Translations under genes and position numbers: made by a program | Assembly: GCA_964634685.1 (NCBI GenBank) | Contig: CAZWLD010000005.1 | Coordinates: 3,624 to 67,623 of the forward strand | From: an uncultured Anaeroplasmatales bacterium | Lineage (GTDB): Bacteria; Bacillota_I; Bacilli_A; Acholeplasmatales; JAEDCM01 | DNA length: 64,000 nt | Reading direction: 5' to 3' | Shown here: positions 1-10,863 of the stretch, in pieces | How positions within the stretch are numbered: the first letter of the stretch is position 1 | How the letters are laid out: each line of letters starts with the position of its first letter | The notes under the pieces: generated by a model | The model's database searches: none | What the model was told of the DNA's origin: nothing | The model's input: the letters and a program-made list of their open reading frames with translations, nothing else

Positions 1-312
1 CACGAGCATTTTACTAAAGGGATCCATAATATCAATTCTTGTTGGTGTTCCCCAAAAAATATTATATTCGCGGGAATTATTGACATAGATAATTTCGCAT
101 TGATACTTTTCGGCCTTTTTAAATAAACCGGCCTTTTTGATTGGCTTATGCGTTCCTTGATTAAAAATGTCCTCCATCATTCCTTCCTTGATGAAAATAA
201 CCTCGTGTGTTGGTGGACAAATAATCGAAGTATTCTCATCAATCTCGACAACGGGACTTCGCCAAATCAAGTTATCATTGTTACTTTTGAAGGTAATTAT
301 GTTTTTTTCCAC
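1..312 (-). CDS. SPFH/Band-7-like (YdjI-type) protein, N-terminal part; 3' end lies outside the window
   Basis: Minus-strand frame is open from a GTG at 312 (GAGGAG 10 nt upstream) to base 1. Product VEKNIITFKSNNDNLIWRSPVVEIDENTSIICPPTHEVIFIKEGMMEDIFNQGTHKP resembles N-termini of YdjI-like SPFH proteins. The track + ORFs at 148-364 are its shadows. Confidence 0.5.
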   Translation of the reverse strand, partial: MEKNIITFKSNNDNLIWRSPVVEIDENTSIICPPTHEVIFIKEGMMEDIFNQGTHKPIKKAGLFKKAEKYQCEIIYVNNSREYNIFWGTPTRIDIMDPFSKMLV

Positions 313-342
313 AACAAATCATCTCCTCTACATACAATTATA

Positions 343-370
343 TAAAAAAAAAGGCCTTAAATAAAGCCTT
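343..370 (-). terminator. weak intrinsic terminator downstream of dtd
   Basis: AAGGC (351-355) pairs with GCCTT (366-370) around a 10-nt loop, followed on the minus strand by a run of about 10 T. The stem is short. Confidence 0.35.
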
Positions 371-433
371 AATCTTAAAATAATTGTGTAATTTTTGTGA
401 ACTATCGGTTAATTTATCATATTTTTTTCAAAA

Positions 434-880
434 TTAGCGGTCCAGACTATCAATAATAATCGTAACAGGCCCATCATTAATGAAATCAATTTTCATATCG
501 GCACCAAAGATACCTGTCTCAACATAAAAGCCGTATGACCTTAAAAGCTCATTAAATTCATCATATAAGGGCCTAGCAATATCACCGCTCGCACTATTTG
601 TAAATGAAGGTCGATTTCCCTTTTTGGTATCGGCATATAATGTAAATTGTGAAATTGATAAAATATCTCCCGATACGTCCTTTAAGCTTAAATTCATTTT
701 GCCATTTTCATCCTCAAAAACCCGCAAATTTGCGACCTTTTTAGCGATATAGCTTAGATCCTCTTTGGTATCGCCATTTGTAAAGCCAACTAAAACCATA
801 AACCCTTTTTGAATTTCTCCCGTTATTAAACCATTAACCGTGCATTTAGCCCTTTGACATCTTTGTACTACTACTCTCAT
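434..880 (-). CDS. dtd: D-aminoacyl-tRNA deacylase
   Basis: 148 aa. MRVVVQR...VLVGF...SQFTL..D..KGNRPSF...GADM is typical Dtd. ATGA overlap with the relA stop, and relA-dtd synteny as in Bacillus. Confidence 0.9.
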   Translation of the reverse strand: MRVVVQRCQRAKCTVNGLITGEIQKGFMVLVGFTNGDTKEDLSYIAKKVANLRVFEDENGKMNLSLKDVSGDILSISQFTLYADTKKGNRPSFTNSASGDIARPLYDEFNELLRSYGFYVETGIFGADMKIDFINDGPVTIIIDSLDR

Positions 881-3063
881 TTGTTATCCCTTTCGATTTG
901 ATAAACCTCATGGATTTTTTGTAAATTGATAATCAATTTTTCTAATTCATCGGTGTTAGCTGTCAAAAGCTTTAGCTTAACAATCATTTCTAAATTGTTA
1001 TTATTTACGGCATTAACAGAAGCAATTTGTAAATTAGAGCTGTTGATAGTGTTAATGATATTGGCAAAAACATTATTCGTATTGGACGCGGTAATCTTAA
1101 TCCGACAAGGAAACTTCCGATTGGGATTGGTGGCCCATAAAACCTTGGTGAAGCGTTCCTTTTCTAAGGTTTGAAGATTGTTGCAGTTTTCTGTATGAAC
1201 AATGATTCCGTTACCCTTTGAAACATAGCCAACAATGTTATCTCCCGGAATCGGGTTACAGCAATTTCCTAAACGAATTTGGGCATTAGTTAGTCCCTCG
1301 ACAACAACGCCACTTTCACTGTTCGTGGTTAAAATTCGATTTGATTTTTCAATTTGCTTCTGAAGATATAAATCCTTATCAACCTCGGTACCTAAAAGCT
1401 TATTGACAACGGTTTTTGCACTAATAATTCCTTTTCCAATTTCGACATATAAATCCTCAAGGCTATTAATGTTCGTATTTTTGGAAAAGAAATTTTTAAC
1501 AAAGGTATCATTTAATTCATAATCTTCCTTGACTGTTGAAAGCTCACGATCAAGAGTTTCTTTTCCCATGGCAATTAATTTGTCCCGATTTTGTTTGTTT
1601 AAAAAGCTTCGAATTTTATTTTTAGCATGCGCTGTTTTACAAATCTTGATCCAATCCTCATTGGGACCAAAGGAATTCTTATTGGTTTTGATTGATAAAA
1701 TATCACCGGTTTTTAATTCATAATCAAGGGGAACAATCTTATTATTAACAATCGCCCCGACCGTTTTATTTCCGATATCTGAATGAATTCGATAAGCAAA
1801 ATCTAAAGGTGTTGAGCCCTTAGGTAAAGCAATGACCTCCGATTTGGGGGTAAAGACATAAATATTAGCATCTAAAATATCACCCTTGATGGTGTCGACA
1901 AATTCTTCGGCGTTATTGACCGTTTCATCATCCTGAGAAAGACGCATTAAATCGCCATACCATTTAAGCTTTTCAGCAATTTCAAATTGTTCTCTTTCCT
2001 TTGAATATTCCTTATTCTCTTTATAGGCCCAATGGGCAGCGATACCGTATTCAGCGACCTTGTCCATCTCTTGAGTCCTGATTTGGATTTCAAAAATCTC
2101 CCCATCATTACCAATAACGGTGGTATGAAGAGATTGATACATATTAGGCTTTGGAACCGCAATATAATCCTTAAAGCGTTTAGGTAACGGTACAAAGTTG
2201 GCGTGAATAATTCCTAAGGCGTGGTAACAATCCTCAACCTTATTTACAATAATACGAATGGCCAATAGGTCATAAATTTCTGAGAATTCCTTGTGATTGT
2301 TGACCATCTTTTTATAAATGGAATAAATATTTTTGATTCTTCCCTTTATTTGATATTCGGTAAAATTAGTATCAGCAAAAAGTCCATTAATCGTATCAAT
2401 CATTTTTTCAATGTAGGATTCACGTTCAGCTCTTTTGGACCTAATTAATTGGGTAATTGTTTGATACATTTCAAAATCAGTATAGCGTAAGCTTCGATCC
2501 TCAAGCTCAGCCTTGATTCTGAACATACCGAGCCTGTGCGCTAAGGGAGCATAAATATCTAAGGTTTCTCTCGCAATTCGATACTGCTTCTCCTGCGGCA
2601 TCGCATCAAGAGTTCGGATATTATGCAACCTATCCGCTAATTTAACAATGATAACCCTGATATCCCTCGCCATTGCTAAGAGCATTTTTTGGTGGTTTTC
2701 GGTTTGCATATCCGTTGTATTAAATTTTAAGTTTTTAATCTTCGTTAAGCCATCAACAATTGAAGCCACATCATCATTAAAAATAGTTCTTAAATCCTGC
2801 AAGGTTGTGTCAGTATCTTCAACAACATCATGCAATAATCCAGCCACAAGCGTACTAGGACCCGCATTTAATTCAGCTAAAATATAGGTAACCTCAAGTG
2901 GGTGAATGATGTATGGCTCACCACTTTTACGCACTTGATTTTCGTGCTTTAGCTTAGCTAAATTATAAGCTTTTTTTATCATATTAATGCTATCTTCGTT
3001 TTTAATATAAGCCGTAATCCGATCTAAAACCTTTTCAAATGTCATATCTGATTGAACCATCAT
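877..3063 (-). CDS. relA: bifunctional (p)ppGpp synthetase/hydrolase RelA/SpoT (Rel)
   Basis: HD hydrolase motif (HPLEV...LLHDVVEDT), synthetase, TGS and ACT-like regions, about 728 aa. The ATG at 3063 follows GGAGGTG; the track start at 3069 is the GTG inside the RBS. Confidence 0.95.
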   Translation of the reverse strand: MMVQSDMTFEKVLDRITAYIKNEDSINMIKKAYNLAKLKHENQVRKSGEPYIIHPLEVTYILAELNAGPSTLVAGLLHDVVEDTDTTLQDLRTIFNDDVASIVDGLTKIKNLKFNTTDMQTENHQKMLLAMARDIRVIIVKLADRLHNIRTLDAMPQEKQYRIARETLDIYAPLAHRLGMFRIKAELEDRSLRYTDFEMYQTITQLIRSKRAERESYIEKMIDTINGLFADTNFTEYQIKGRIKNIYSIYKKMVNNHKEFSEIYDLLAIRIIVNKVEDCYHALGIIHANFVPLPKRFKDYIAVPKPNMYQSLHTTVIGNDGEIFEIQIRTQEMDKVAEYGIAAHWAYKENKEYSKEREQFEIAEKLKWYGDLMRLSQDDETVNNAEEFVDTIKGDILDANIYVFTPKSEVIALPKGSTPLDFAYRIHSDIGNKTVGAIVNNKIVPLDYELKTGDILSIKTNKNSFGPNEDWIKICKTAHAKNKIRSFLNKQNRDKLIAMGKETLDRELSTVKEDYELNDTFVKNFFSKNTNINSLEDLYVEIGKGIISAKTVVNKLLGTEVDKDLYLQKQIEKSNRILTTNSESGVVVEGLTNAQIRLGNCCNPIPGDNIVGYVSKGNGIIVHTENCNNLQTLEKERFTKVLWATNPNRKFPCRIKITASNTNNVFANIINTINSSNLQIASVNAVNNNNLEMIVKLKLLTANTDELEKLIINLQKIHEVYQIERDNK

Positions 3064-3090
3064 AATCACCTCCTTAATCTCATATAAAAA

Positions 3091-3603
3091 TTAATATTTT
3101 ATTAGAGAATAAACATCATAATCCTTTAAAACCTCGCGACCATTTAAGTCCTCTAGTTCAATGACAAAGCCAATTCCAGCCACAATACCGCCAAGTCTTT
3201 CAACAAGCTTGCAGCAAGCTAAAATCGTTCCGCCGGTTGCGAGTAAATCATCAACAATATAAACCCTTTGCCCCTTCTTGATGGCATCCTTATGCATACA
3301 TAGGGTATTTGTTCCATATTCTAAAGCATATTCTTCGCTAACAACCTCACGAGGTAGCTTTTTAGGTTTACGAACAGGCACGAAGCCTAAATTATTTTGA
3401 ATCGAAACCGGACAGCCAAAGATAAATCCTCGGGCCTCGGGAGCACAAATTAGTTGAGCCTCTTTCAAATTCGCATCAGCCGCAAGCAAATCAACCGCAT
3501 AGCTAAAAGCCTCAGGTGATTGCATGATTGGCGTAACATCCTTAAATTGAATTCCAGGGATTGGAAAATCCGGAACATTTGCAACATATTTTTTTAAATC
3601 CAT
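3091..3603 (-). CDS. apt: adenine phosphoribosyltransferase
   Basis: PRPP-binding motif [13 protein letters not shown] and FKDVTPI signature. The ATG at 3603 is preceded by GGAGGAAG. Confidence 0.9.
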   Translation of the reverse strand: MDLKKYVANVPDFPIPGIQFKDVTPIMQSPEAFSYAVDLLAADANLKEAQLICAPEARGFIFGCPVSIQNNLGFVPVRKPKKLPREVVSEEYALEYGTNTLCMHKDAIKKGQRVYIVDDLLATGGTILACCKLVERLGGIVAGIGFVIELEDLNGREVLKDYDVYSLIKY

Positions 3604-3715
3604 TTTTCTACTTCCTCCATACATTACAATTATACATTATTTTTTTCTAGATTACACGTTTTTTAATCACTTTTTTTAGTATAACGATAATATTTTTTTC
3701 ATATTATTATCTGAG

Positions 3716-5176
3716 GTGGACATTTTGCAGGAAAAATCTGTTCGATATAATCTTATTTATATGTTATCAAGTGGTCTTTTTATCAAAATATTAGCCTTAG
3801 TTTATAAAATTTTTTTAACACGAAGCTTAGGTCTTACGGGGATGGGCCTTTATAGCATTATGATTCCCTCGGTCATGCTTTTTCTTGGACTAGCCGATTT
3901 TTCCTTACCCCAAACCATTACAAAGCTTGTGTCCGAAAACGTAAGCGTTAAGGAGCCTAATCGTAGTCTTATTATCAAAGCTCTTTTCATCGGACTTTTA
4001 TTTGACTTAATTTTGATCTTAATTCTTCTTATTTTTATGGATTTAATAAACAAATCCTTAAATTATGATTTTAGGCTACCCTTTTACGCTTTGATTATTC
4101 TTCTTCCCTTCGTTAGTATCAATGCCATTATCAAGGGATATTTTCAAGGCATCAATCGAGGGGATTTAGGCGCTAAGGCTAATATTATAGAACAGCTAAC
4201 TAGAATCACGACATCAATTATTTTCATCAGTTTTTTTATCAATGTTAATATCGATTATGCTTTAGCTTCAATTATCATCTCGATGGCGATTGGTGAATTT
4301 TTTTCATTCATTTTTTCATTATTCAAATTGCGAAATTATTCCTTTAAGCCGGTAATAGAAAAAAAAGCCGAGGAAATGAAAATCATTTCCCTAAGCCTAC
4401 CATCAACGATTAATCGTTTTATTTTCACCATTTCCAATTTTTTTGAGCCCATTATTCTAGCAAATGGCTTGAAGCAATTAGGTTATCTCGATACCGATAT
4501 TAGAAATTCCTTTGGCCTCGTTCAAGGTTATGCCATTCCCCTGTTAACCATTATGGGCTTCTCTTCAATGGCCATTGCCCAAAGCCTAATGCCAAAGCTG
4601 GCCCAAAATTTCAAAACTAACTCCATATCAAAATTTCAAAGCACCTTGAAAAAGGGCCTTGACTTGACCTTTATAATTGGCTTTATCGCTTCCTTTATGT
4701 TATTTTTTTACCCCAACCTAATTTCATCATTAATCTATAACGATAATACTTCATCCTATTTTATTAGGCTAATGGCTCCCTTTTTTATTTTCTATTATTT
4801 AGAACCCATTCTTCATACCGCAATTCTCGTTATCAATAAATCAAATCTAAGCCTTTTAATCAATATTTTTATTTGTTTAGGAAAGCTTTTTCTAATTTAT
4901 TTTTTATCATCAAGAATTGGAATTGATGGCTTTGTATCATCAATCATGGCCTCGGTTATCGTAACATTCCTTTCCTACTATTTGATATTAAAAATAAAGG
5001 TCCATCTTCGCATAAATATAATAAAGCCACTGTTTTTTATCATCATCAATACATTCTTTACTCTTTTTATAAAAAAAGATGAATCGATAATAATGATGAC
5101 CCTTACCTTATTATTCTTTTTATTGACGCTTTTTCTTTTTTACCGAAGGACGCTTAAGAGTATCAATGTAGATTAG
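3716..5176 (+). CDS. MOP-superfamily polysaccharide/lipid II flippase (SpoVB/MurJ-like)
   Basis: 486 aa, polytopic. The N-terminus KILALVYKIFLTRSLGLTGMGLYSIMIP resembles SpoVB/MurJ-type flippases. Its 3' end overlaps the convergent DUF421 gene by 57 nt. Confidence 0.7.
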   Translation: MDILQEKSVRYNLIYMLSSGLFIKILALVYKIFLTRSLGLTGMGLYSIMIPSVMLFLGLADFSLPQTITKLVSENVSVKEPNRSLIIKALFIGLLFDLILILILLIFMDLINKSLNYDFRLPFYALIILLPFVSINAIIKGYFQGINRGDLGAKANIIEQLTRITTSIIFISFFINVNIDYALASIIISMAIGEFFSFIFSLFKLRNYSFKPVIEKKAEEMKIISLSLPSTINRFIFTISNFFEPIILANGLKQLGYLDTDIRNSFGLVQGYAIPLLTIMGFSSMAIAQSLMPKLAQNFKTNSISKFQSTLKKGLDLTFIIGFIASFMLFFYPNLISSLIYNDNTSSYFIRLMAPFFIFYYLEPILHTAILVINKSNLSLLINIFICLGKLFLIYFLSSRIGIDGFVSSIMASVIVTFLSYYLILKIKVHLRINIIKPLFFIIINTFFTLFIKKDESIIMMTLTLLFFLLTLFLFYRRTLKSINVD

Positions 5177-5776
5177 ATGTCCTTTATCGTAATAGGCACA
5201 TTTAATTGAAGCTAGCTTTTTATCATCTAAAAGACTTATTAATTTATCCTCATCTAATCCTAAGTAATAGAGATTTTCATAGACTATTTTTCCCGAAACA
5301 ATGGCCGGAAGGGGTATCATCGATGTGTCCTCGTAGGTGTAAACACTTAGCGTTCCGGTGTGCTCTAAAATCGCAATTTTAACTTTATTTATGGAATCAA
5401 TTTTTTCATTTCTCAGCTGTATTAATAAATCATCAATATTGTAGAGATTTTTTTTCATTTCATCACAACAAAGCTTTCCATTAAAGACGACCACGCTCAG
5501 CTTACCATTAAAAAAACCTCTTAGCCTTTGGGCCTTTAGTTCCAATAAGGAAACAATCTTTTGAATAAAGGCGATAATAGCGATAATAAATAAAAAATAC
5601 CAAAAGGGAATATCAATATTTTCAATGGAAATTGAGGCTAGATTCGCGACTAAAAGAATAATCACTAAATCGAATATGCCGAGCTTTCCGACCTCTCTTT
5701 TTCCTAAAACACGAACTAAGATAACTAAATAAATGTAATAAATAACCGTTCTAGCACTGTGGATAAATAGTTCCAT
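5120..5776 (-). CDS. DUF421 (YetF-like) membrane protein
   Basis: VRVLGKREVGKLGIFDLVIILLVANLAS is the DUF421 signature. The internal ATG at 5776 follows GGTGA, whereas the track TTG start at 5812 has no RBS. Confidence 0.65.
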   Translation of the reverse strand: MELFIHSARTVIYYIYLVILVRVLGKREVGKLGIFDLVIILLVANLASISIENIDIPFWYFLFIIAIIAFIQKIVSLLELKAQRLRGFFNGKLSVVVFNGKLCCDEMKKNLYNIDDLLIQLRNEKIDSINKVKIAILEHTGTLSVYTYEDTSMIPLPAIVSGKIVYENLYYLGLDEDKLISLLDDKKLASIKCAYYDKGHLIYIDTLKRPSVKKKKRQ

Positions 5777-5835
5777 TTCATCACCAATTTTATTATTCCC
5801 GTCTATTTTCAAAATATTAGCATATATATTATTAG

Positions 5836-6222
5836 GTGATTAAATTGCGTATTATTAAAAACATTCTTACAAGCTATGGAATAGCATTAGCCCTTTTATT
5901 TATTTTGTCTTTTCTTTATTCTTTTTTAATAAAATGGAAAATAATGCCATCTTCCATTGATAGTGTTCATTTTGTAACAATTATCATTGGGTCAATCTTT
6001 TCCTTAACCTTAGGCCTAATTGGTGGCGTTAAATCCCAAAATAAAGGCCTATGGACAGGAATTTTCTATGCCCTTATAACAATCATTCTAATCTTGATTT
6101 TATCTCATTTTGATATCCTTTATTTAAATAATAAAAGCTATATCAAAATAATCATTTTCTCCCTTGTGACGGTTGTTGGGGCCTTAATCGGACGAAAAAC
6201 GCATAGTGAAAAAAACCATTAA
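5836..6222 (+). CDS. small polytopic membrane protein (TIGR04086/YrzE-like)
   Basis: 128 aa with four hydrophobic helices and Gly-rich segments (GLIGGVKSQNKGLWTGIFYA). Confidence 0.45.
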   Translation: MIKLRIIKNILTSYGIALALLFILSFLYSFLIKWKIMPSSIDSVHFVTIIIGSIFSLTLGLIGGVKSQNKGLWTGIFYALITIILILILSHFDILYLNNKSYIKIIIFSLVTVVGALIGRKTHSEKNH

Positions 6223-6281
6223 TCTTTTATATTTTTATAATAAATTTAAAGATAAATAATCTGAAGCGAGTAAACCATAAT

Positions 6282-7511
6282 CTATATGCCCGCAATAGGA
6301 ATGACATATATATTTTCATCTAGTGGATAAATTGCATCAGTATTACAAATTATGCCTGATAAGGATAATTTGTAATTAGTATTCTCAACCTGCTTAAAGC
6401 CTTTAACAGAACTCATATTAAATTTGATTCCGGATTTACATTCAATCCTATGCATTTTTCCATCCTCAATAATTATCAAATCTATTTCATTCATATTGTT
6501 GTCTCTATAATAATAAAAATTAGGATTTTTACCATTATTTAAATAACTTTTTCTCAATTCATTAATTATATAGGTTTCGACAAATCTTCCACCTAAAAAG
6601 CTAGATTCAAGAGTTTCTGCGCTATTGATTTTTACTAAATATGAAGCAAGCCCGGTATCAGTAAAATATACTTTGGGCCTCTTGGAAATTCTTTTAGTGA
6701 TTGAAAATTCACTATAGGGCTCTAATAAATAGATTATATCTCCGGCAATTAAAAATGATATCCAGGCATTTATGGTTTTATTATCCACACCTATTATCTT
6801 GGATATATTATCATATACTAATTCTTCTCCTGTTAATGAAGCCATAAGCTCCATAAATCTTCTAAATGCGAATTTGTCCTTTACATTCAACATATCAGAA
6901 ACATCACGTTCAATATAGGACTCAACATAATCAGAATAAAATTTTTCTGAAGTTAATAATTCATTACTATATAGTTCTGGGTAATATCCATGAACGATAT
7001 CCTTAAATAAGCTCTTTACACTTAAAGGATTAGCCAATGCTCTTTTTGATATTTCTTTTATATTAAAGTCAAATACTCTTTCTTCTCTATCTAGTATCTC
7101 ACTTCGTGATAAAGGCACCATATGAATAATTGAAACCCTTCCTGCCATTGACTCTGTAACATTGTTCATTAATTTATACATCTGTGAACCAGTAATAATA
7201 TACATACCATAATTACGAGGATTAGACATTTTTTCTCGATTAACAATTTCTTCTATGGCTTCAAATAGCTCCGGCGCTCTTTGAACCTCATCTATAATTA
7301 GGGGCCATGGATGCAATTCTAAAAACATATTTGGATCTTTTTTTGCAAGTTCTCTTTCTCTTGAATTATCCAAAGAGACATACGAAAAGCCATCCTTCAT
7401 AAATAATTGGGCTAAGGTTGATTTTCCGACTTGTCTTGCGCCTGTAATTAAAGTAACTGGTCTACTTTTTACCGATAATTCAATTTCCTTTAATATTGTT
7501 CTTTTAATCAT
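6282..7511 (-). CDS. AAA_14/DUF4143-family ATPase
   Basis: Walker A LITGARQVGKST, Walker B LIIDEVQ and the C-terminal DUF4143-type region. Likely start is MIKRTILKEIE at 7511. Visibly more AT-rich than its neighbours. Confidence 0.75.
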   Translation of the reverse strand: MIKRTILKEIELSVKSRPVTLITGARQVGKSTLAQLFMKDGFSYVSLDNSRERELAKKDPNMFLELHPWPLIIDEVQRAPELFEAIEEIVNREKMSNPRNYGMYIITGSQMYKLMNNVTESMAGRVSIIHMVPLSRSEILDREERVFDFNIKEISKRALANPLSVKSLFKDIVHGYYPELYSNELLTSEKFYSDYVESYIERDVSDMLNVKDKFAFRRFMELMASLTGEELVYDNISKIIGVDNKTINAWISFLIAGDIIYLLEPYSEFSITKRISKRPKVYFTDTGLASYLVKINSAETLESSFLGGRFVETYIINELRKSYLNNGKNPNFYYYRDNNMNEIDLIIIEDGKMHRIECKSGIKFNMSSVKGFKQVENTNYKLSLSGIICNTDAIYPLDENIYVIPIAGI

Positions 7512-7640
7512 ACAATGTTCACCACCACTTATATTATATACTATACAATTTTGGAATTCAATTCCATTTTTGTATAAATTAAATATAAAATCATGCTTAA
7601 AAAAAGAGCTGTAATAATCTAAAAAATACAGCTCCATCTT

Positions 7641-8447
7641 CTATTTAAATTTCAAGGATATATCTAAGGCTTTGACAGAATGGGTAATAGCTCCAACGGA
7701 AATATAATCAACTCCCGTTAAGGAAACATCGCGAATACGCGATAATGTCATATTTCCACTGGCCTCAAGCTTTTTTCGACCTTGATTTAGCTTAACACAT
7801 TCAGCCATTTCATCATTTGACATATTATCAAGCATAATAATGTCGCAAGGAGTTTCTAAAGCCTCCTTAAACATATCGATATTTTCAACCTCAACCTCAA
7901 TTTGACAATCGACCTTGCCGTAACAACGATTAACAGCCTCGGTAATAGAACCGGCCGCCTCAATATGATTATCCTTAATCATAACCATATCCGACAAGGA
8001 AAAACGATGATTAACGCCATGGCCATGGGTAACAGCTATTTTATCAAAATAACGCATATTAGGAACCGTTTTTCTTGTATCAAGGATTTTGGTATTTCCT
8101 TCACATAAAGAGACATAACGATTAGTTTCGGTCGCAATTCCACTCATTCTTTGTAAGATATTCAAAGCGACACGTTCACCCTTTAAAATGGTTCTGGTTT
8201 TTCCTTGAATACGAGCAATGATATCGCCTTTACGAACAAAGGAACCATCATCGATATATATTTCCATTGTAAATTCGCCTCCAACGAGTTCAAAAACCCG
8301 TTTAGCGATATTTATTCCGGAGACAATTCCATCCTCCTTGGCAATGAAGCGAGCATGACTTACTTCATCACAAGGGATGATATTATCGGTTGTAATATCA
8401 CCATTAGGCATATCCTCACGCAAAGCATTTAAAATAAATTCATCCAT
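7641..8447 (-). CDS. nadC: nicotinate-nucleotide pyrophosphorylase (carboxylating)
   Basis: 268 aa with LDTRKT, IKDNH and MLDN motifs. Sits in a nadA-nadB-nadC cluster. Confidence 0.9.
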   Translation of the reverse strand: MDEFILNALREDMPNGDITTDNIIPCDEVSHARFIAKEDGIVSGINIAKRVFELVGGEFTMEIYIDDGSFVRKGDIIARIQGKTRTILKGERVALNILQRMSGIATETNRYVSLCEGNTKILDTRKTVPNMRYFDKIAVTHGHGVNHRFSLSDMVMIKDNHIEAAGSITEAVNRCYGKVDCQIEVEVENIDMFKEALETPCDIIMLDNMSNDEMAECVKLNQGRKKLEASGNMTLSRIRDVSLTGVDYISVGAITHSVKALDISLKFK

Positions 8448-8458
8448 AAATAGCCTCC

Positions 8459-9946
8459 TTAATCAATTCGATAATGACAACCTACTGATTCCTTGCGAGC
8501 AATCGCCGCTTCGATAATCAGCATAGCAGTTGTGGCCATATTTAAAGTCTCATAATAATAGTGAGACGCAACAAGGGTCTTTGATAAATTACGATAATGG
8601 CGACCAATAATCTTCTTCGCAATTTCTAAGCCTTCAGTGGTTCTGACGATACCAACATATTTTTCCATAACATCCCGAATTTCCACACGTACGCTTTTAA
8701 ATTCATAGTGCTTGATTGTATGCTTATGAGCCGGTATTTCGCATTCCTCAATTATTAAATCCGAGGTATTAATATCATTAGCAATACGATGACCAAAAAC
8801 AACGCATTCAAGCAAGCTATTACTAGCAAGACGATTAGCGCCATGAACACCGGAATAGGCACATTCGCCGCAAGCATATAAATTAGGGATTGTGGTTTGA
8901 CCACATATATTAATCATAATTCCCCCACACGAGAAATGCTCAACCGGCGCAACTGGGATTAAATCCTTTTCCATATAGATATTGTTTTGGGCAAGCTTAT
9001 CATAAATTGTTGGAAAACGATTCATTAAAAAATCCTTTGATTGATGGCGAATATCCAAGTAAACATGATCACTCCAGGTATCATACATTTCCCGATAAAT
9101 GCTTTGACTAACAATATCCCTTGGCGCTAATTCCTTAAGCTCATGATATTTTGGCATAAACCTTTCGCCTTCAACATTTAAAAGCAAAGCTCCTTCTCCT
9201 CTTACGGCTTCGGAAATTAAAAATTTTTGACCAGCGCCATCGCCATAAAAAGCCGTTGGGTGAAATTGGATAAATTCCAAATCGTGCAAAACAGCACCAG
9301 CACGGTAAGCCATCGCAATACCATCGCCCGTTGCAATTTTGGGATTCGTTGTATTTTTATAAACCGCACCTAAGCCGCCCGTTGCGATAACAACCTTGGC
9401 AGCTAAAATATCCGAAACATTATTTTCGCGATCAATAATGGTAGCGCCACGACAAATACCATTTTTAATTATCAAGTCGGCAGCCATTGCCCCCTCAATA
9501 AGCTTAATATTTTCTTTTTCGGTGATACGCTTTTTCAAGGCCTTCATAATCTCCCGTCCAGTCGCATCGCCTCCAGCTCGAAGAATTCTTCTCGTGCCGT
9601 GTCCACCCTCCTGAGCCATCAAAAGATTTCCTTGATTATCGGTATCAAACTCGACGCCAAATTCAATTAATCGTTCGATATTATCGGAAGCCTCGTAAAC
9701 AAGAGTTTTCGTCGCAAGGGCATCATTTAAGTTTGCGCCTGCTCTTAAGGTATCCTTAATATGCTTGATTAAAACATCATCCGATTTTGAAAGCTCGGCA
9801 GCAATACCACCCTGAGCTAATTCACTATTGGCAATATTTATTGTATCCTTGACGACAATTGTTATGTTAATATTTGCGTTGATATTAAGGGCAGTATATA
9901 ATCCAGCAAGACCGCCACCAATAATTAAAACATCCGTTTTTTCCAT
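8459..9946 (-). CDS. nadB: L-aspartate oxidase
   Basis: FAD-binding GGGLAG N-terminus and the succinate dehydrogenase/fumarate reductase-like flavoprotein pattern (HPTA, GANRLASNSLLE). Confidence 0.9.
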   Translation of the reverse strand: MEKTDVLIIGGGLAGLYTALNINANINITIVVKDTINIANSELAQGGIAAELSKSDDVLIKHIKDTLRAGANLNDALATKTLVYEASDNIERLIEFGVEFDTDNQGNLLMAQEGGHGTRRILRAGGDATGREIMKALKKRITEKENIKLIEGAMAADLIIKNGICRGATIIDRENNVSDILAAKVVIATGGLGAVYKNTTNPKIATGDGIAMAYRAGAVLHDLEFIQFHPTAFYGDGAGQKFLISEAVRGEGALLLNVEGERFMPKYHELKELAPRDIVSQSIYREMYDTWSDHVYLDIRHQSKDFLMNRFPTIYDKLAQNNIYMEKDLIPVAPVEHFSCGGIMINICGQTTIPNLYACGECAYSGVHGANRLASNSLLECVVFGHRIANDINTSDLIIEECEIPAHKHTIKHYEFKSVRVEIRDVMEKYVGIVRTTEGLEIAKKIIGRHYRNLSKTLVASHYYYETLNMATTAMLIIEAAIARKESVGCHYRID

Positions 9947-9957
9947 TTTTTTACCTT

Positions 9958-10863
9958 CTAACTTAATTTAAGCATTGTATCTAACGCTTTATAAGCATTA
10001 GCTCGAACCGACTCTTCGACATTTACTTCATTGGTCTCATTTTTTAATACCTCATAAACATCCTTTAATGTGGTGAGCTTCATGTCATGGCAACGTAATC
10101 CTTCATCGAGTAAAAAGAATTCCTTACCTGGATTATCATTTTTTAATTTATGAAGAATTCCTTCTTCCGTTCCAACAATAAAGGCTTTAGCATCCGATTT
10201 TTTTACAAAATCAATGATACCAGCTGTCGATCCAACATAATCGGCTTCTTCTAAAACCTCAAGTCTCGCCTCAGGATGGACAGCAACTAAAGCATCAGGA
10301 TGAAGAGCCTTCATATTGACAACCATTTGACGATTCAAATTATCATGGATGCAGCAATCACCATCCCAACAATCAAAGGAAACATTTCTTAGCTTCATCG
10401 CATATTTTGCTAAATTACGATCAGGACAATATAAAATTTTCTCTCCCTTAGCTAAATAATGATCAATAATCTTAAGGGCATTTGAGCTTGTGACACAACA
10501 ATCACTCAAAGCCTTGACCTTAGCCGTTGAATTAACATAGCACAAAACCTTCGTATCGGGATGATTCTCCTTGTATAGACCTAATGAAACCTCATCAATC
10601 ATATTAGCCATTTTACATCCTGCCTCCATAACCGGTATTAAAACCTTTTTTTCTGGGGACAATATTTTAGCCGTTTCGGCCATAAAATGAACGCCACAAA
10701 AAACGATAATCTTCGCATCAGTTTGACTCGCCATCATCGATAATTTTAAGGAATCACCTAAATAATCAGCAATGTCCTGAATCTCGCCATTTTGATAATA
10801 ATGGGCTAAAATAATGGCGTTTTTTTCTTTTTTTAATTTTTTTATTTCTTCTACGTAGTTCAC
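9958..10863 (-). CDS. nadA: quinolinate synthase
   Basis: NAIILAHYYQ..EIQDIAD..GDSL signature. The GTG at 10863 follows GGAGTAGAGGTG; the track TTG start at 10884 contains that RBS. Confidence 0.9.
   Translation of the reverse strand: MNYVEEIKKLKKEKNAIILAHYYQNGEIQDIADYLGDSLKLSMMASQTDAKIIVFCGVHFMAETAKILSPEKKVLIPVMEAGCKMANMIDEVSLGLYKENHPDTKVLCYVNSTAKVKALSDCCVTSSNALKIIDHYLAKGEKILYCPDRNLAKYAMKLRNVSFDCWDGDCCIHDNLNRQMVVNMKALHPDALVAVHPEARLEVLEEADYVGSTAGIIDFVKKSDAKAFIVGTEEGILHKLKNDNPGKEFFLLDEGLRCHDMKLTTLKDVYEVLKNETNEVNVEESVRANAYKALDTMLKLS

Noticed and set aside
148-364. Two overlapping plus-strand ORFs (65 aa each) at the window start
   Set aside because: Both lie antisense to a better-supported minus-strand frame (1-312) with an RBS and SPFH-like sequence. 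Neither has an RBS nor any recognisable motif.
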